This document shows, piece by piece, positions 20,102 to 30,240 of a stretch of DNA of 37,065 bases. Numbering within the stretch: position 1 is the stretch's first letter; every line of letters begins with the position of its first letter. A program made the position numbers and the translations under genes. The DNA is taken from sequence record SRR2962707_777. One strand, written 5' to 3'. The notes beneath the pieces are model-generated. The model was not told the origin of the DNA. It saw nothing but the letters and a program-made list of their open reading frames with translations, and did no database searches.

Positions 20102-21401
20102 CTATTTTTCCAAGTGTTAAGATTGACAAAATCTGAATTTTCCCATAGTTCCTCGTTTCTTTGAAGAGAAAGTTCAACCAAAATGATCCCAAACTGTAAG
20201 AAATCAATGTAGCAGTAGCAGCTCCTAATATTCCCATACGTGAGATCAAGAAAAAATTCAATACAATATTAGCCGCCGCTGCAATTAAAGTAATAACAAA
20301 TCCCTTTTTTAATAAATTTTCAATGGCAAAAACTTGCTTAACTGGATTCCCAATAAATACGAAAATACTCGAAAATGCATGAATAGTTAAAACTCCAGCA
20401 CTTTCAGAATATTCTGAGCCGTAAAGAATTGAGATGATTTCGGTTGATGTAATGAAGAAAACAATTGAAATGAAACATGCCGCTATGAATAAAACAAATA
20501 TTACTTTGGAAAGTAACATTTTTGCCCTTCTCCTATCATCGTTAAATGTTTCTATGAAACTCGGAAAAAAACTAGCTGAAACAGCTACGGGAAGAAAATA
20601 AAAAATCTCACTTAGCCTTGCCGCGGCTGCATATTCCCCTACTTCTTTAGCACCCAACATGGATTCGATCATCACAATATCAACTTTCATGTAGATGGTT
20701 GTTACAAGAGCTGTAAAAATTAAGGGTATCGATCTACGGAAAATACTCTTAATTTTATTCAATGAAGGCTTTATTGTAATGCTAATAGAGGATTCATAAG
20801 AGTGAATAAATAGAATTAACAATAACGTTACATTAAGGACAGACTCTAGCATAAAGGCCAAACCAAACCAAAATAAATCTGCATCCATATAGACCATAAT
20901 TACTTTCACACCAGCCAAAATGACAACCGAGCTTACTTTACTGATTGCTCGATATTTTGACTTTAATGTTGATTGAAAGTAATAACCTACTACATCAAAT
21001 GAATTGAAAAATGCAGTAGTCGACATAATCAAAATCAATATGTATCCTTTTTCAGGTAAATCAATTGATCTTGCAATAAGATACAATATGAGTATTTGTA
21101 AAATGGAACCACTGAGTCTAATGACAAAGCTACTTGCTAGAATGCTCATTTGATCTTGCCTTTCCCTTACTAAATCCATTACCACCACTTTTTCAATCCC
21201 AACAGCTGCCAAAAACCCCGTAAGTAGTATCACGTTCCTTGAATAGGCAAATAACCCAAAATCTTCAGGCCCAAGATATCTCGCCACGTAAATGCTTACT
21301 CCGGCCGAAATAGCAAGAGACAAAACTTTTTCAACCAGAAGGCTGAACAGGTTCGATTTTATCTTTTTTGTAAAAATTTCAGTAAACTGAAGAAGCTTCA
21401 T
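20085..21401 (-). CDS. wzx: Wzx flippase (MOP superfamily)
   Basis: Polytopic; VARYLGPEDFGLFAY, IYMKVDIVMI, VGEYAAAARLSE, GILGAATATLISY. Confidence 0.88.
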   Translation of the reverse strand: MKLLQFTEIFTKKIKSNLFSLLVEKVLSLAISAGVSIYVARYLGPEDFGLFAYSRNVILLTGFLAAVGIEKVVVMDLVRERQDQMSILASSFVIRLSGSILQILILYLIARSIDLPEKGYILILIMSTTAFFNSFDVVGYYFQSTLKSKYRAISKVSSVVILAGVKVIMVYMDADLFWFGLAFMLESVLNVTLLLILFIHSYESSISITIKPSLNKIKSIFRRSIPLIFTALVTTIYMKVDIVMIESMLGAKEVGEYAAAARLSEIFYFLPVAVSASFFPSFIETFNDDRRRAKMLLSKVIFVLFIAACFISIVFFITSTEIISILYGSEYSESAGVLTIHAFSSIFVFIGNPVKQVFAIENLLKKGFVITLIAAAANIVLNFFLISRMGILGAATATLISYSLGSFWLNFLFKETRNYGKIQILSILTLGKIDAFNK

Positions 21402-22770
21402 TTTTCTTGGATACCATTAATAAAGATGCACCCCAGAACCACAGAAGTACCATGGGAAGGCTATAATAAAGTGAATCGAAGAAAAATTGAGTTATTAAGA
21501 AATTTATTGATGACCCAACAAAGATCACAGCTATAAGGCGTTCAGTTACATTAAAGTAATTTGCCCTTAACTTCTTGATTGCACTTATTATGAGGTAAGC
21601 AAATATTCCAAAATAAAATAGAAACCCTAAGAACCCTATATCTGAAAGAATAGCAACATAACCAAAATCGGGAGATGTAAGGGTGCTGTTATAATAGTTA
21701 TAAAAATTCTTCTCATAATAGGGTATCATGTATTTTTCTGACAATGAAGTTGGATTTTCAATTGCAAAATGACTACCTAACGACCCTGGACCGGCACCTA
21801 GAGGAAAAAAGGGGAGCACATTTGGCAACTTCGTAAAATAATTATCAATATAAATAAACTTAAAATTGTAGTCATTTGACTTCTCAACTACTCGATACAA
21901 ATAAGAAATAGTTTCTAAAGTACCCCCTTTTTGAAATGCCACTTTATTGGAGTAAAAATTTATAGCTATAATGAAAAAAAGAAAAAAAGACCCTAAAGGA
22001 ATTATTACCATCCTAAGTAAACTAACCCTCCTTGATACAAGAAGATTGGCAATAAAAAGTGATATCGCAATGCTGACAAAGTTTGTCTTCACTTCAGCCC
22101 AGACAAGATTTAAAATTGCAGTGGTAAGCAAAATAAACAAAAAAAACGACCTTTCTTTTAAATAGGAAAGCTTGTAGAAGCAGTAAAAAATAACCACACA
22201 ACTCATCAAAGCTGTAATTACAGTATTCTCCATTATTCCATATGCCCAGTCCTGATTATTAAAGATTTTCACTCTATCATTTCTCAGAATCTGAAACCCA
22301 AGTAACCACATAGCATTCACTAAAAAATGGATTGAATGAATGATAATCACAAACTTCATCATGATACTGAAATTAAAATTCATTCTTTTTAAATAAACGA
22401 TTGTGAAGAGACATAAAAAAATGAATTTGTAATAGCCAAGAAAAAATTTAATCGAATTAGCAACAATTATATTGTTGAAATTCACAACGAATGAAAGAAC
22501 AAATACGGCAATTAAAAAGAAAAACGCAATGTATAATTTTTTTGCCTTCCTCGGATACTTACTCTTATTTAATAGGAGCAGTATCATTAAGACAAGAAGT
22601 GCTGGCTCAATTATGTATGTAATAGGCCTAATAACAGGGACTACCCAAAGAGTATTTTGACTTGTATTTGTAAGGGCACTTCTGAATGCTGTCCATATTA
22701 CGTAGATTAAGAATAGGAACTCATAGAAATTAAACCTATTCCACAACTTGTTGTGAAAGCTAGTCTCCAT
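21379..22770 (-). CDS. Putative Wzy repeat-unit polymerase
   Basis: About 11-12 hydrophobic segments, late periplasmic loop with PLGAGPGSLG followed by ILSDIGFLG; lies between wzz and wzx. Confidence 0.65.
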   Translation of the reverse strand: METSFHNKLWNRFNFYEFLFLIYVIWTAFRSALTNTSQNTLWVVPVIRPITYIIEPALLVLMILLLLNKSKYPRKAKKLYIAFFFLIAVFVLSFVVNFNNIIVANSIKFFLGYYKFIFLCLFTIVYLKRMNFNFSIMMKFVIIIHSIHFLVNAMWLLGFQILRNDRVKIFNNQDWAYGIMENTVITALMSCVVIFYCFYKLSYLKERSFFLFILLTTAILNLVWAEVKTNFVSIAISLFIANLLVSRRVSLLRMVIIPLGSFFLFFIIAINFYSNKVAFQKGGTLETISYLYRVVEKSNDYNFKFIYIDNYFTKLPNVLPFFPLGAGPGSLGSHFAIENPTSLSEKYMIPYYEKNFYNYYNSTLTSPDFGYVAILSDIGFLGFLFYFGIFAYLIISAIKKLRANYFNVTERLIAVIFVGSSINFLITQFFFDSLYYSLPMVLLWFWGASLLMVSKKNEASSVY

Positions 22771-23881
22771 TGAATCTCGTAAGGAATCCTCTTATTAAAT
22801 AAGATAGATATAAGTAGAGCAAAGCACAAAAAAAGCCTAGCAAAAAGAAAAGAACCAATAATACTTTCTTGCTAAGATTGCTTTCTTCTATGGGAATTTG
22901 GATTGGATTTAATACCGTAAACACAGGTGTTTCTTCTTTCACCTTGATCTTCGCTTGCTCTAGTTGAGTCGCCAGCCCTTTGTACACCTCAAAGGCGATG
23001 TTCATTTCGTTTTGCAGCTGTTGGTATTCAGTTTGAACAATGGAATTGGTAACGTTTTTATTCTGGTCAGTAAACCGAGCTACCTGCCTTTGTTTAGCTT
23101 CATACTCCTTCTCAGCTTCTATATAACGTTCCTGAATAAAATCCAGATTCGCTTTGGCCTTTTCCACTTTATAGTCAGTCACCTCCCCGGTCAGCTTTTT
23201 CACTACCAGGTCAGTTACCTGTGCCGCAGCATAGGGGTCGGGCATTTCAGTTGTCACGGTAATGATGCCTGTATTTTCATCCACGGAGACACCTATTCGG
23301 TCACGGTATTTTTCCAGCAGTTCCGAGTCGTCTTTAGTCAGATGGATCAGGTCTCCTTCACTGTCTATGGGTATCACCACTTCTTCACTGGTAAACAGTT
23401 TCTTTATCTTCCCTGGCAAGCCAATGGTGTACTCAGCCAAATAACCAAAAAGGGAGGGCTGGTCTATTTCCATGAAGTAAATATAGCTGCTGAGCAGCGT
23501 GTCCAGCTTTTCAAAGCGTATCTGAGTATGGATGAGATCCAGCTGGAAGGGAATACTTTTTGAAATTTCAGGATAGAGTTGTGGGGTAAGTGAACCAGAA
23601 CCACCCATACTCCCCAGATCGATCCCAGCCAGTCCGGCCAACCCTCCTAAACCACCCAAATTAGGCATGCCACCCTCCTGGGTTTCGGGCAGGAGCTTGC
23701 AAGAGGCCTCATACTCTACTTTTGAAGTAAACGCTATGACCAGACCAAGCACAACGAATATACCTGTCACCTTTAAGATGAACCTTCGCTTAGACCAGAT
23801 GACTTTGGCCAGCTCTATCAGGTCGATTTCGTCTTCTTCAATGACTTTCTTGCTTTCCGAATGTTGGGATTGTTGGCTCAT
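22760..23881 (-). CDS. wzz: Wzz/FepE-type polysaccharide co-polymerase, no kinase domain
   Basis: EEDEIDLIEL N-terminus, TM, GLGGLAGLAGIDLG, coiled coil, KVKEETPVFTVLNP, C-terminal TM. Start MSQQ at 23881. Confidence 0.88.
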   Translation of the reverse strand: MSQQSQHSESKKVIEEDEIDLIELAKVIWSKRRFILKVTGIFVVLGLVIAFTSKVEYEASCKLLPETQEGGMPNLGGLGGLAGLAGIDLGSMGGSGSLTPQLYPEISKSIPFQLDLIHTQIRFEKLDTLLSSYIYFMEIDQPSLFGYLAEYTIGLPGKIKKLFTSEEVVIPIDSEGDLIHLTKDDSELLEKYRDRIGVSVDENTGIITVTTEMPDPYAAAQVTDLVVKKLTGEVTDYKVEKAKANLDFIQERYIEAEKEYEAKQRQVARFTDQNKNVTNSIVQTEYQQLQNEMNIAFEVYKGLATQLEQAKIKVKEETPVFTVLNPIQIPIEESNLSKKVLLVLFFLLGFFCALLYLYLSYLIRGFLTRFNGD

Positions 23882-23894
23882 GTTTTTAGATGTA

Positions 23895-23902
23895 CAAAGA
23901 TA
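23895..23902 (-). promoter_or_regulatory. Putative -7 promoter element (TATCTTTG) for wzz and the variable cassette
   Basis: TAnnTTTG match 14 nt upstream of the wzz ATG. Confidence 0.6.
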
Positions 23903-23909
23903 GTATTCT

Positions 23910-23939
23910 AACCCACCTCTGCCCTCCAAGCAAGGGAAT
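23910..23939. repeat. Degenerate REP-like element
   Basis: aacccacctctgccctccaagcaagggaat resembles the element at 31514-31544, in the same orientation. Confidence 0.5.
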
Positions 23940-23963
23940 TTTCGCTGAGGTTAATTTATCTGT

Positions 23964-24011
23964 TATATCTATTTCGTCTTCCTGAACTATTTGATTTTTG
24001 ACTTTTGACAG
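23964..24011 (-). pseudogene. Relic 5' end of a second wzz
   Basis: Reads (CTG)SKVKNQIVQEDEIDI, like the wzz N-terminus SKKVIEEDEIDL; 11-bp atttcgtcttc occurs at both 23826-23836 and 23971-23981. Confidence 0.55.
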
Positions 24012-24048
24012 CTTGATCTATATTCTCACACCATTATGCTCCCGCTCA

Positions 24049-26691
24049 TCAGTTACTTAACCTATCTATTACAAGGAGCATTGTACCAACAGCTGATGTT
24101 AATGCAATAATTTCCCTGGCATCAATCCCCTCTTTAATTTCTTTCTGTGGTATGATAATATCGGCTCCCGGTTTTACCGCAGGGAAGATGTTAAACCACA
24201 AAAACTTCTTTGTTCGTTGTGCTGAGCCATTTGCATATACGATATAGGCCTTACCTTTTTTTGCTTTATTGGAAAACCCTCCAGCACCTGACACATATTT
24301 TTTAAACCCTTTGCTGCCTACATATCTGACTGTGGTAGGATATAAAACCTCTCCCTGAACCCTAACCGTTTCAAGTTGTCTGGGAATACTGATAATATCA
24401 CCGTCCTTGAGTATTAGATCCTCAGGAGAGTCTGGGCTATCCAAAATCTTTTTTAGTTGGATGCCAATTCCCTGTTGCTCCACAATATCATATGCACCCG
24501 CAATTGAATCTCGTTGTTGGAGTTTGCGTAATTGCTGTGCCCTGAAAATTCTGGCTTCCAGTTCATTCGAGTACTTGGATTTTTTTATGTTCTCAGTAAT
24601 TTCCTTTTCATACTTATTGAGCTCCATCTGAATTAGTTCTGCAATTGATGATCCTTCCGATGCTCCTTCATTTGCATACCTGGTTTCCAGTTCCTTCCTT
24701 CGTAACTCAAGTAGTGCATCCAGTTCTTCCTTCTCAAATTCAGTGCGATAATATTCGGTTCTTCTTATAAGGGAAGCACCCTCTGCATAGCCATACTCTG
24801 TAAGGCCACCAGCCCTATCTATCAAATCAGATATCTTATCCTCATTGGTTTTTAGGGCATAAAATCCGGGGTACTTTACTTCGCCTTCAATCTTGATCAC
24901 CTTTTGAATCTGGATTGTGGAAGATGATTTGATGGAAATAATATCAAAAGGCTTTAGTAAAAAATCTGACCCAGAATCGATTGACAAATCTTCTGCTATT
25001 TTAAAAGTAAATATCTCAGAACTTTGACTCAGATCTGAGCTATTTCTTAATCTCCTTGCTACCTCAACCTGAGAGGAAGTGGCCTTACTAGTCAACCCGC
25101 CAGATAGATTAATCAAATCTTCCACAGTCATACTGTCAATGTATGGATATTCACCCGCATTTCTAACCTCACCTATAAGTGTGACTGTTTGATCCTCCTC
25201 AAGTTCAAAAATTGAAGATATTTTAACCATGTCATCTGCTTTTAGAACAATGTCTTGAGCTCCATTTATCACCTCTAATACAGAGAATGTTAGATTCCTC
25301 ATCCGTAGGTTAGAAGTCAGACGTACAATATTCCCTCGCATCAAATAGGCATCTTCCCTTACACCACCAGCCATCTCAATTAGTTTCGCCAGAGTCAGCT
25401 CTTCATCCAATTCATAAAAGCCTGGTTGATCGACAGCTCCAACTATTTGCACTCTGTTTAAGTATCGACTAGAAATTTTCTTAACAAATATTGAATCTCC
25501 ATCACTTAATGCCGCCTCATGAAAATCTTCAAACATTATGGTCTCCACTTCTCTTTTTTCAATACCAATCCTGTCTATTGTCAGTAGCTTACGATAAGCT
25601 CCACTGCTAAACCCTCCTGATATTTCAAGAAGAAATGAAAAGGGCTCTCCTTTTTTAAGCTCATAAATCGCCGGGTGTTTTACATTACCTGCAAGCTTGA
25701 CCCTATTGACATAGGGCTTAACAACGATTACATCCTGATCCTGTAACTGCGGATTCTGTGAGTCGTCCCCGAGAAAAAGATATTTATAAACATCAAGCGT
25801 TGCAATTTTCTCTCCTTTTCTGACAATTTCAATTTGCCGAAGAGAGCCGTTTTCAGTGGGTCCTCCAGCGAAATAAAGTGCATTAAATGCTGAAGCAAAC
25901 GAGGACAAAGTATATGTACCAGGCTGTACTACATTACCTACTACATTGACCTTAATCGACCGTATTTGTCCAACTGAAACCTGTAAAAAAGTATTAGGAT
26001 TACTTCCTTCTATACCTGAATAAATATTAGATAGTTTATTGAAGATTCGTCTTTTTGCTTCTTTCACCGTGATACCACCTAGACTTATTGGCCCAATGCC
26101 ACTTATTAAGATATTTCCGTCGGGGCTAATTATCTCCTGATAGGTGATCTCGGAGGCCCCATAGACGTCTATAATTATCTCGTCTCCGGCACCCAATACA
26201 TAATTTTCAGGTGTGGCAATATTTAATGATGGCTCAAATGCGATATCCCCTGAACGAAAAATATCCATTCCAAAGATTTCCAGCTTGTCACTTACAAGAG
26301 AATCATTTTCATTAAGAAAAGTGAAAAAATCAAATTCATTTTCTTCATCACCAGCAGATTCTCTTAGTCTGTCTGAAGGAGATTCTATTTGCATTCCTTC
26401 ATCATCACTTGCACCTAATTGGACTTGCCTAATTCTATTTCTAAGCTTCGCAATCTGCGTACTGGACATACCACGTTGCTTTGCAACCAATTCCAGCTGT
26501 TGTAATGTAAGACCTGACTCCTGTGCCCGATCAAGAAATTTTTGTATCTGCTCATCTGAAAGCTCATCTATATTTACTGAGTTGAGATCTGCTGAAGATA
26601 GATTAGTCGGATCCTGCGAAACACCTTCAAAAGAAATCAAAAGAAAGTAGCAGAAAAACAAAAGAAGTAATGCGCTTGGTGAATTTTTCAT
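24049..26691 (-). CDS. Polysaccharide export protein with multiple SLBB domains (Wza/KpsD-like)
   Basis: Signal peptide ending SQ; ATPENYVLGAGDEIIIDVYG poly-export motif; several G.V..PG.Y SLBB repeats; C-terminal helix. Confidence 0.88.
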   Translation of the reverse strand: MKNSPSALLLLFFCYFLLISFEGVSQDPTNLSSADLNSVNIDELSDEQIQKFLDRAQESGLTLQQLELVAKQRGMSSTQIAKLRNRIRQVQLGASDDEGMQIESPSDRLRESAGDEENEFDFFTFLNENDSLVSDKLEIFGMDIFRSGDIAFEPSLNIATPENYVLGAGDEIIIDVYGASEITYQEIISPDGNILISGIGPISLGGITVKEAKRRIFNKLSNIYSGIEGSNPNTFLQVSVGQIRSIKVNVVGNVVQPGTYTLSSFASAFNALYFAGGPTENGSLRQIEIVRKGEKIATLDVYKYLFLGDDSQNPQLQDQDVIVVKPYVNRVKLAGNVKHPAIYELKKGEPFSFLLEISGGFSSGAYRKLLTIDRIGIEKREVETIMFEDFHEAALSDGDSIFVKKISSRYLNRVQIVGAVDQPGFYELDEELTLAKLIEMAGGVREDAYLMRGNIVRLTSNLRMRNLTFSVLEVINGAQDIVLKADDMVKISSIFELEEDQTVTLIGEVRNAGEYPYIDSMTVEDLINLSGGLTSKATSSQVEVARRLRNSSDLSQSSEIFTFKIAEDLSIDSGSDFLLKPFDIISIKSSSTIQIQKVIKIEGEVKYPGFYALKTNEDKISDLIDRAGGLTEYGYAEGASLIRRTEYYRTEFEKEELDALLELRRKELETRYANEGASEGSSIAELIQMELNKYEKEITENIKKSKYSNELEARIFRAQQLRKLQQRDSIAGAYDIVEQQGIGIQLKKILDSPDSPEDLILKDGDIISIPRQLETVRVQGEVLYPTTVRYVGSKGFKKYVSGAGGFSNKAKKGKAYIVYANGSAQRTKKFLWFNIFPAVKPGADIIIPQKEIKEGIDAREIIALTSAVGTMLLVIDRLSN

Positions 26692-27458
26692 CGTGGCAAA
26701 ACTATAAAGTATGGATTTAACAAATTCATTTTGTTGTAGGATAATGACGTTTCCAGGTCTTCCAAAGTCACACGTCCTCCTGCCTCAGAAACAATTGCGT
26801 GTGCAGCAGCAGTATCCCATTCCATTGTTGGTCCAAATCGTGGATACACATCCGCTTCTCCGGAAGCAACCAATAAAAACTTCAAAGAGCTTCCTTTTGA
26901 AACCACTTCTGGTGAATTCATTTCAGATACAAAAGCCTCTGTTTCTTCACTCATATGAGACCTTGACGCTACCACCCTTAATCCTGACTCATCAAGAGAC
27001 TTTTTAGTTGTAGCGATTTTGTTCATTTGGCCATTTTGTTCCCTAAAAGCACCCTTTCCCTTAATGCCCCAAAATATCTCCCTGAGAACTGGAGGGTAAA
27101 CCACCCCCAGAATTGGCTCTCCATTGTGGATCAATGCAATATTGACAGTGAACTCACCATTCTTTTTAATAAACTCCTTAGTACCATCTAATGGATCCAC
27201 CAGCCAGAAATATTCCCATTCTGATCTTTCCTCGAAAGAAATATCTCTCCCTTCCTCACTTAAAATAGGTATTTCGGTATCCTTTAGAAACGAAACTATC
27301 TTATCATGCGCAGCTTTGTCTGCAAGTGTCAAAGGGGAGTCGTCCGATTTCGCCTCAATTGAAAAGTCCCCGGATTCATAAATCTTAAGAATTTCAATTC
27401 CTGCAGAAAAGGATGCTCTCTTGGCAACCTCCAAAAGTGATTCCAGATTTATACTCAT
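26688..27458 (-). CDS. cysQ: 3'(2'),5'-bisphosphate nucleotidase
   Basis: KSDDSPLTLAD, ILSEE, FWLVDPLDGTKEF, VASRSH, GSSLKF, EWDTAA. Confidence 0.95.
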   Translation of the reverse strand: MSINLESLLEVAKRASFSAGIEILKIYESGDFSIEAKSDDSPLTLADKAAHDKIVSFLKDTEIPILSEEGRDISFEERSEWEYFWLVDPLDGTKEFIKKNGEFTVNIALIHNGEPILGVVYPPVLREIFWGIKGKGAFREQNGQMNKIATTKKSLDESGLRVVASRSHMSEETEAFVSEMNSPEVVSKGSSLKFLLVASGEADVYPRFGPTMEWDTAAAHAIVSEAGGRVTLEDLETSLSYNKMNLLNPYFIVLPR

Positions 27459-28714
27459 ATGATCATTCCGGCTGCCACGGTTTCATTTGTTCCTTCATCT
27501 ACAAGAATTATACTCCCAGTATTCCTATTCTTCCTGTAAGAATCCACTAAGAGAGGACGGGTAGTTCTTATTTGAGCCCGACAGATATCATTAGCGGTAA
27601 TACTTTTATCCTCTTCATTTCGATGAAGCGTATTAATATCCAACTTATAACGAATATCTTTTATTATCGCTTTAGCATCTGCTGTAGTATGACGAATGGT
27701 ATATTTTGCCCGTGGCTGAGGTCCCTTCGCATTTAACCAGCATAGCATTACTTCAATATCTTGTTTTGGTTCCGGCTGATTGTTGGTTCTTACAATCATG
27801 TCGCCACGACTAATGTCAATATCATCTTCCAGAGTAATGGTCACAGACATAGGGGCAAAAGCCTCCTCTACCTTACCATCATAGGTATCAATTGACTTAA
27901 TCTTGGAAGTAAAGCCAGATGGAAGAACTGTAATTTCATCCCCTGGTTTAAAAACACCACCTGCAATTCTTCCAGCATACCCACGATAGTCATGGTACTC
28001 ATCGGTCTGCGGTCTGATAACTGTCTGAACTGGGAATCTGCAATCGATATGATTATGGTCACTCCCAATATGAATATTTTCCAGAGTGTATAAGAGAGTA
28101 GAGCCTTCAAACCACTTCATCTTTTCACTTCTGTTCACTACATTGTCACCTTTCAGTGCACTAATTGGAATAAACCTAACATCTTTTACATCAAGCTTTG
28201 ATGCAAAATCCTCAAAGTCTTCCTTGATTTCATTGAATCGCTCTTCGCTATAATCCACCAAGTCCATTTTGTTTACACAAACAATGAGATGTGGAATTTG
28301 AAGGAGGGATGCAATGATTGAGTGCCTACAGGTCTGCTCCACTACACCATTTCGAGCATCAATTAAAATCAGAGCCACATTTGCGGTAGACGCACCTGTC
28401 ACCATATTACGCGTATATTGAATATGGCCCGGCGTGTCAGCTATGATGAATTTTCTTTTCGGGGTTGCAAAATATCTATAAGCAACATCAATGGTAATTC
28501 CCTGCTCTCTTTCGTCTTTTAAGCCATCTGTGAGAAGGGCCAGATCAACTTCTGTTGCTCCACGACGCTCACTGGTCTGCTTGACCTGATCCAGTTGATC
28601 TTCAAAAATAGATTTTGAATCAAAAAGAAGTCTTCCAATTAATGTACTCTTTCCATCATCTACGCTACCTGCAGTGGTAAAGCGTAAAAGTTCCATATCT
28701 AAATATCCTTCCAT
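27455..28714 (-). CDS. cysN: Sulfate adenylyltransferase subunit 1 (GTPase)
   Basis: LLRFTTAGSVDDGKSTLIGRLL, EREQGITIDVAYRYF, ADTPGH, NKMD. Confidence 0.95.
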   Translation of the reverse strand: MEGYLDMELLRFTTAGSVDDGKSTLIGRLLFDSKSIFEDQLDQVKQTSERRGATEVDLALLTDGLKDEREQGITIDVAYRYFATPKRKFIIADTPGHIQYTRNMVTGASTANVALILIDARNGVVEQTCRHSIIASLLQIPHLIVCVNKMDLVDYSEERFNEIKEDFEDFASKLDVKDVRFIPISALKGDNVVNRSEKMKWFEGSTLLYTLENIHIGSDHNHIDCRFPVQTVIRPQTDEYHDYRGYAGRIAGGVFKPGDEITVLPSGFTSKIKSIDTYDGKVEEAFAPMSVTITLEDDIDISRGDMIVRTNNQPEPKQDIEVMLCWLNAKGPQPRAKYTIRHTTADAKAIIKDIRYKLDINTLHRNEEDKSITANDICRAQIRTTRPLLVDSYRKNRNTGSIILVDEGTNETVAAGMII

Positions 28715-28735
28715 GTCTTTCTAAGTGTAGTAATT

Positions 28736-29641
28736 TTAAAAATACCCCTCTTTCTTTCGATCTTCCATTGCTGTCTCGGAGCGCTTATCATCTGCTCTGT
28801 TTCCACGTTCCGTGTTTCTAGCCGCAGCTACCTCTTCAATGATTTTCTCATAGGTGTCGGCATCAGACTCAGCACCCCCGGTGATTGTTATATCTCCCAG
28901 GGTTCTAAATCGAATTTTCTTTTTGACAACTTCTTCTGAATCTTCTATCTGAATGAATTCAGAAACCGGTAGCCAGGTATTATTTCTCCAAACCACTTCT
29001 CTATCATGAGCAAAGTACAGTGAAGGGATAGCAATATTCTCAGCCATGATGTATTGCCATACATCCATCTCCGTCCAGTTGCTCAATGGAAATACTCTGA
29101 AATGCTCACCAAACTGGTGCTTGCCATTGAAAATATTCCATAGTTCCGGACGCTGGTTTTTTGGATCCCATTGGCCAAATTCATCCCTGTGAGAAAAAAA
29201 TCGTTCTTTAGCTCTCGCTTTCTCTTCGTCTCTACGTGCTCCACCTATACATGCATCAAATCCATATTCTTCTATGGTATCCAAAAGTGTAACCGTCTGG
29301 ATTGCATTCCTGCTGGCATTTTTCCCTTTTTCCTCCGCTGCTCTACCATCATCAATTGACTTTTGAACAGATCCAACAACCAGTTTAGCACCTAATTCAT
29401 TGATTAAATTATCCCTAAACTCCATGGTTTCCGGGAAATTATGGCCGGTATCAATATGTACCAATGGAAATGGAATCTTTGCAGGATGAAATGCCTTTCT
29501 TGCAAGATGTGTCACACAAATTGAATCCTTTCCTCCTGAAAACAGAATTGCAGGTTTTTGAAATTGTGCGGCAACTTCCCGCAATATGTAAATAGATTCA
29601 GCTTCTAGCTCCTTTAAATGAGTCAGATTGTATTTGTTCAT
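28736..29641 (-). CDS. cysD: Sulfate adenylyltransferase subunit 2
   Basis: [55 protein letters not shown]. Confidence 0.96.
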   Translation of the reverse strand: MNKYNLTHLKELEAESIYILREVAAQFQKPAILFSGGKDSICVTHLARKAFHPAKIPFPLVHIDTGHNFPETMEFRDNLINELGAKLVVGSVQKSIDDGRAAEEKGKNASRNAIQTVTLLDTIEEYGFDACIGGARRDEEKARAKERFFSHRDEFGQWDPKNQRPELWNIFNGKHQFGEHFRVFPLSNWTEMDVWQYIMAENIAIPSLYFAHDREVVWRNNTWLPVSEFIQIEDSEEVVKKKIRFRTLGDITITGGAESDADTYEKIIEEVAAARNTERGNRADDKRSETAMEDRKKEGYF

Positions 29642-30240
29642 AACCTAAATTGTGGTTCTATTCTTTCTATTAATTGCTCTAAACACTTTTCTAATGAATC
29701 CTTTGCTGTATTAACGCTCACGTCAGGGTTATCTGGTGCCTCAAAAGGTGAGTCTATACCCGTAAAGTGCTTGATTTCTCCTGCTCTGGCTTTCTTATAA
29801 AGACCCTTTACATCCCTTTGCTCGCACACTTCCAATGGACAGTCAACATATATTTCTATAAAGTTTTCTTCACCCACAATTTCTTTTGCTGCCTGTCGAT
29901 CTTCTTTGAATGGTGAAATAAACGCCGTGAGTACAATGACACTCGCATCTAAAAAAAGGTTAGAAACCTCCGCGATTCTTCGAATGTTTTCTTTTCTACT
30001 TTTATCGGAAAAATCCAAATCATTATTTAAACCTGTCCTTATATTATCACCATCCAGGATGTAGGTGTTGAAGTCCTTATTATGAAGGTAAGTCTCAAGT
30101 CTACCAGCCAGAGTAGATTTTCCTGAACCAGACAGACCCGTAAACCACAAAACTTTAGCTTTATAGCCATTTTTGTTTTCCCGATCTTCCCTACCAACTG
30201 CGTGTGAATGCGGTATGATATGTTCTCTAAAGTCTTCCAT
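29638..30240 (-). CDS. cysC: Adenylyl-sulfate (APS) kinase
   Basis: [47 protein letters not shown] at 30240. Confidence 0.96.
   Translation of the reverse strand: MEDFREHIIPHSHAVGREDRENKNGYKAKVLWFTGLSGSGKSTLAGRLETYLHNKDFNTYILDGDNIRTGLNNDLDFSDKSRKENIRRIAEVSNLFLDASVIVLTAFISPFKEDRQAAKEIVGEENFIEIYVDCPLEVCEQRDVKGLYKKARAGEIKHFTGIDSPFEAPDNPDVSVNTAKDSLEKCLEQLIERIEPQFRL

Noticed and set aside
13675-22146. A/T homopolymers of 8 nt (13675-13682, 17117-17124, 22139-22146) as phase-variation tracts
   Set aside because: Expected by chance in AT-rich DNA; all ORFs are intact.
22964-23563. 199-aa plus-strand ORF
   Set aside because: Antisense shadow of wzz; no recognisable motifs.
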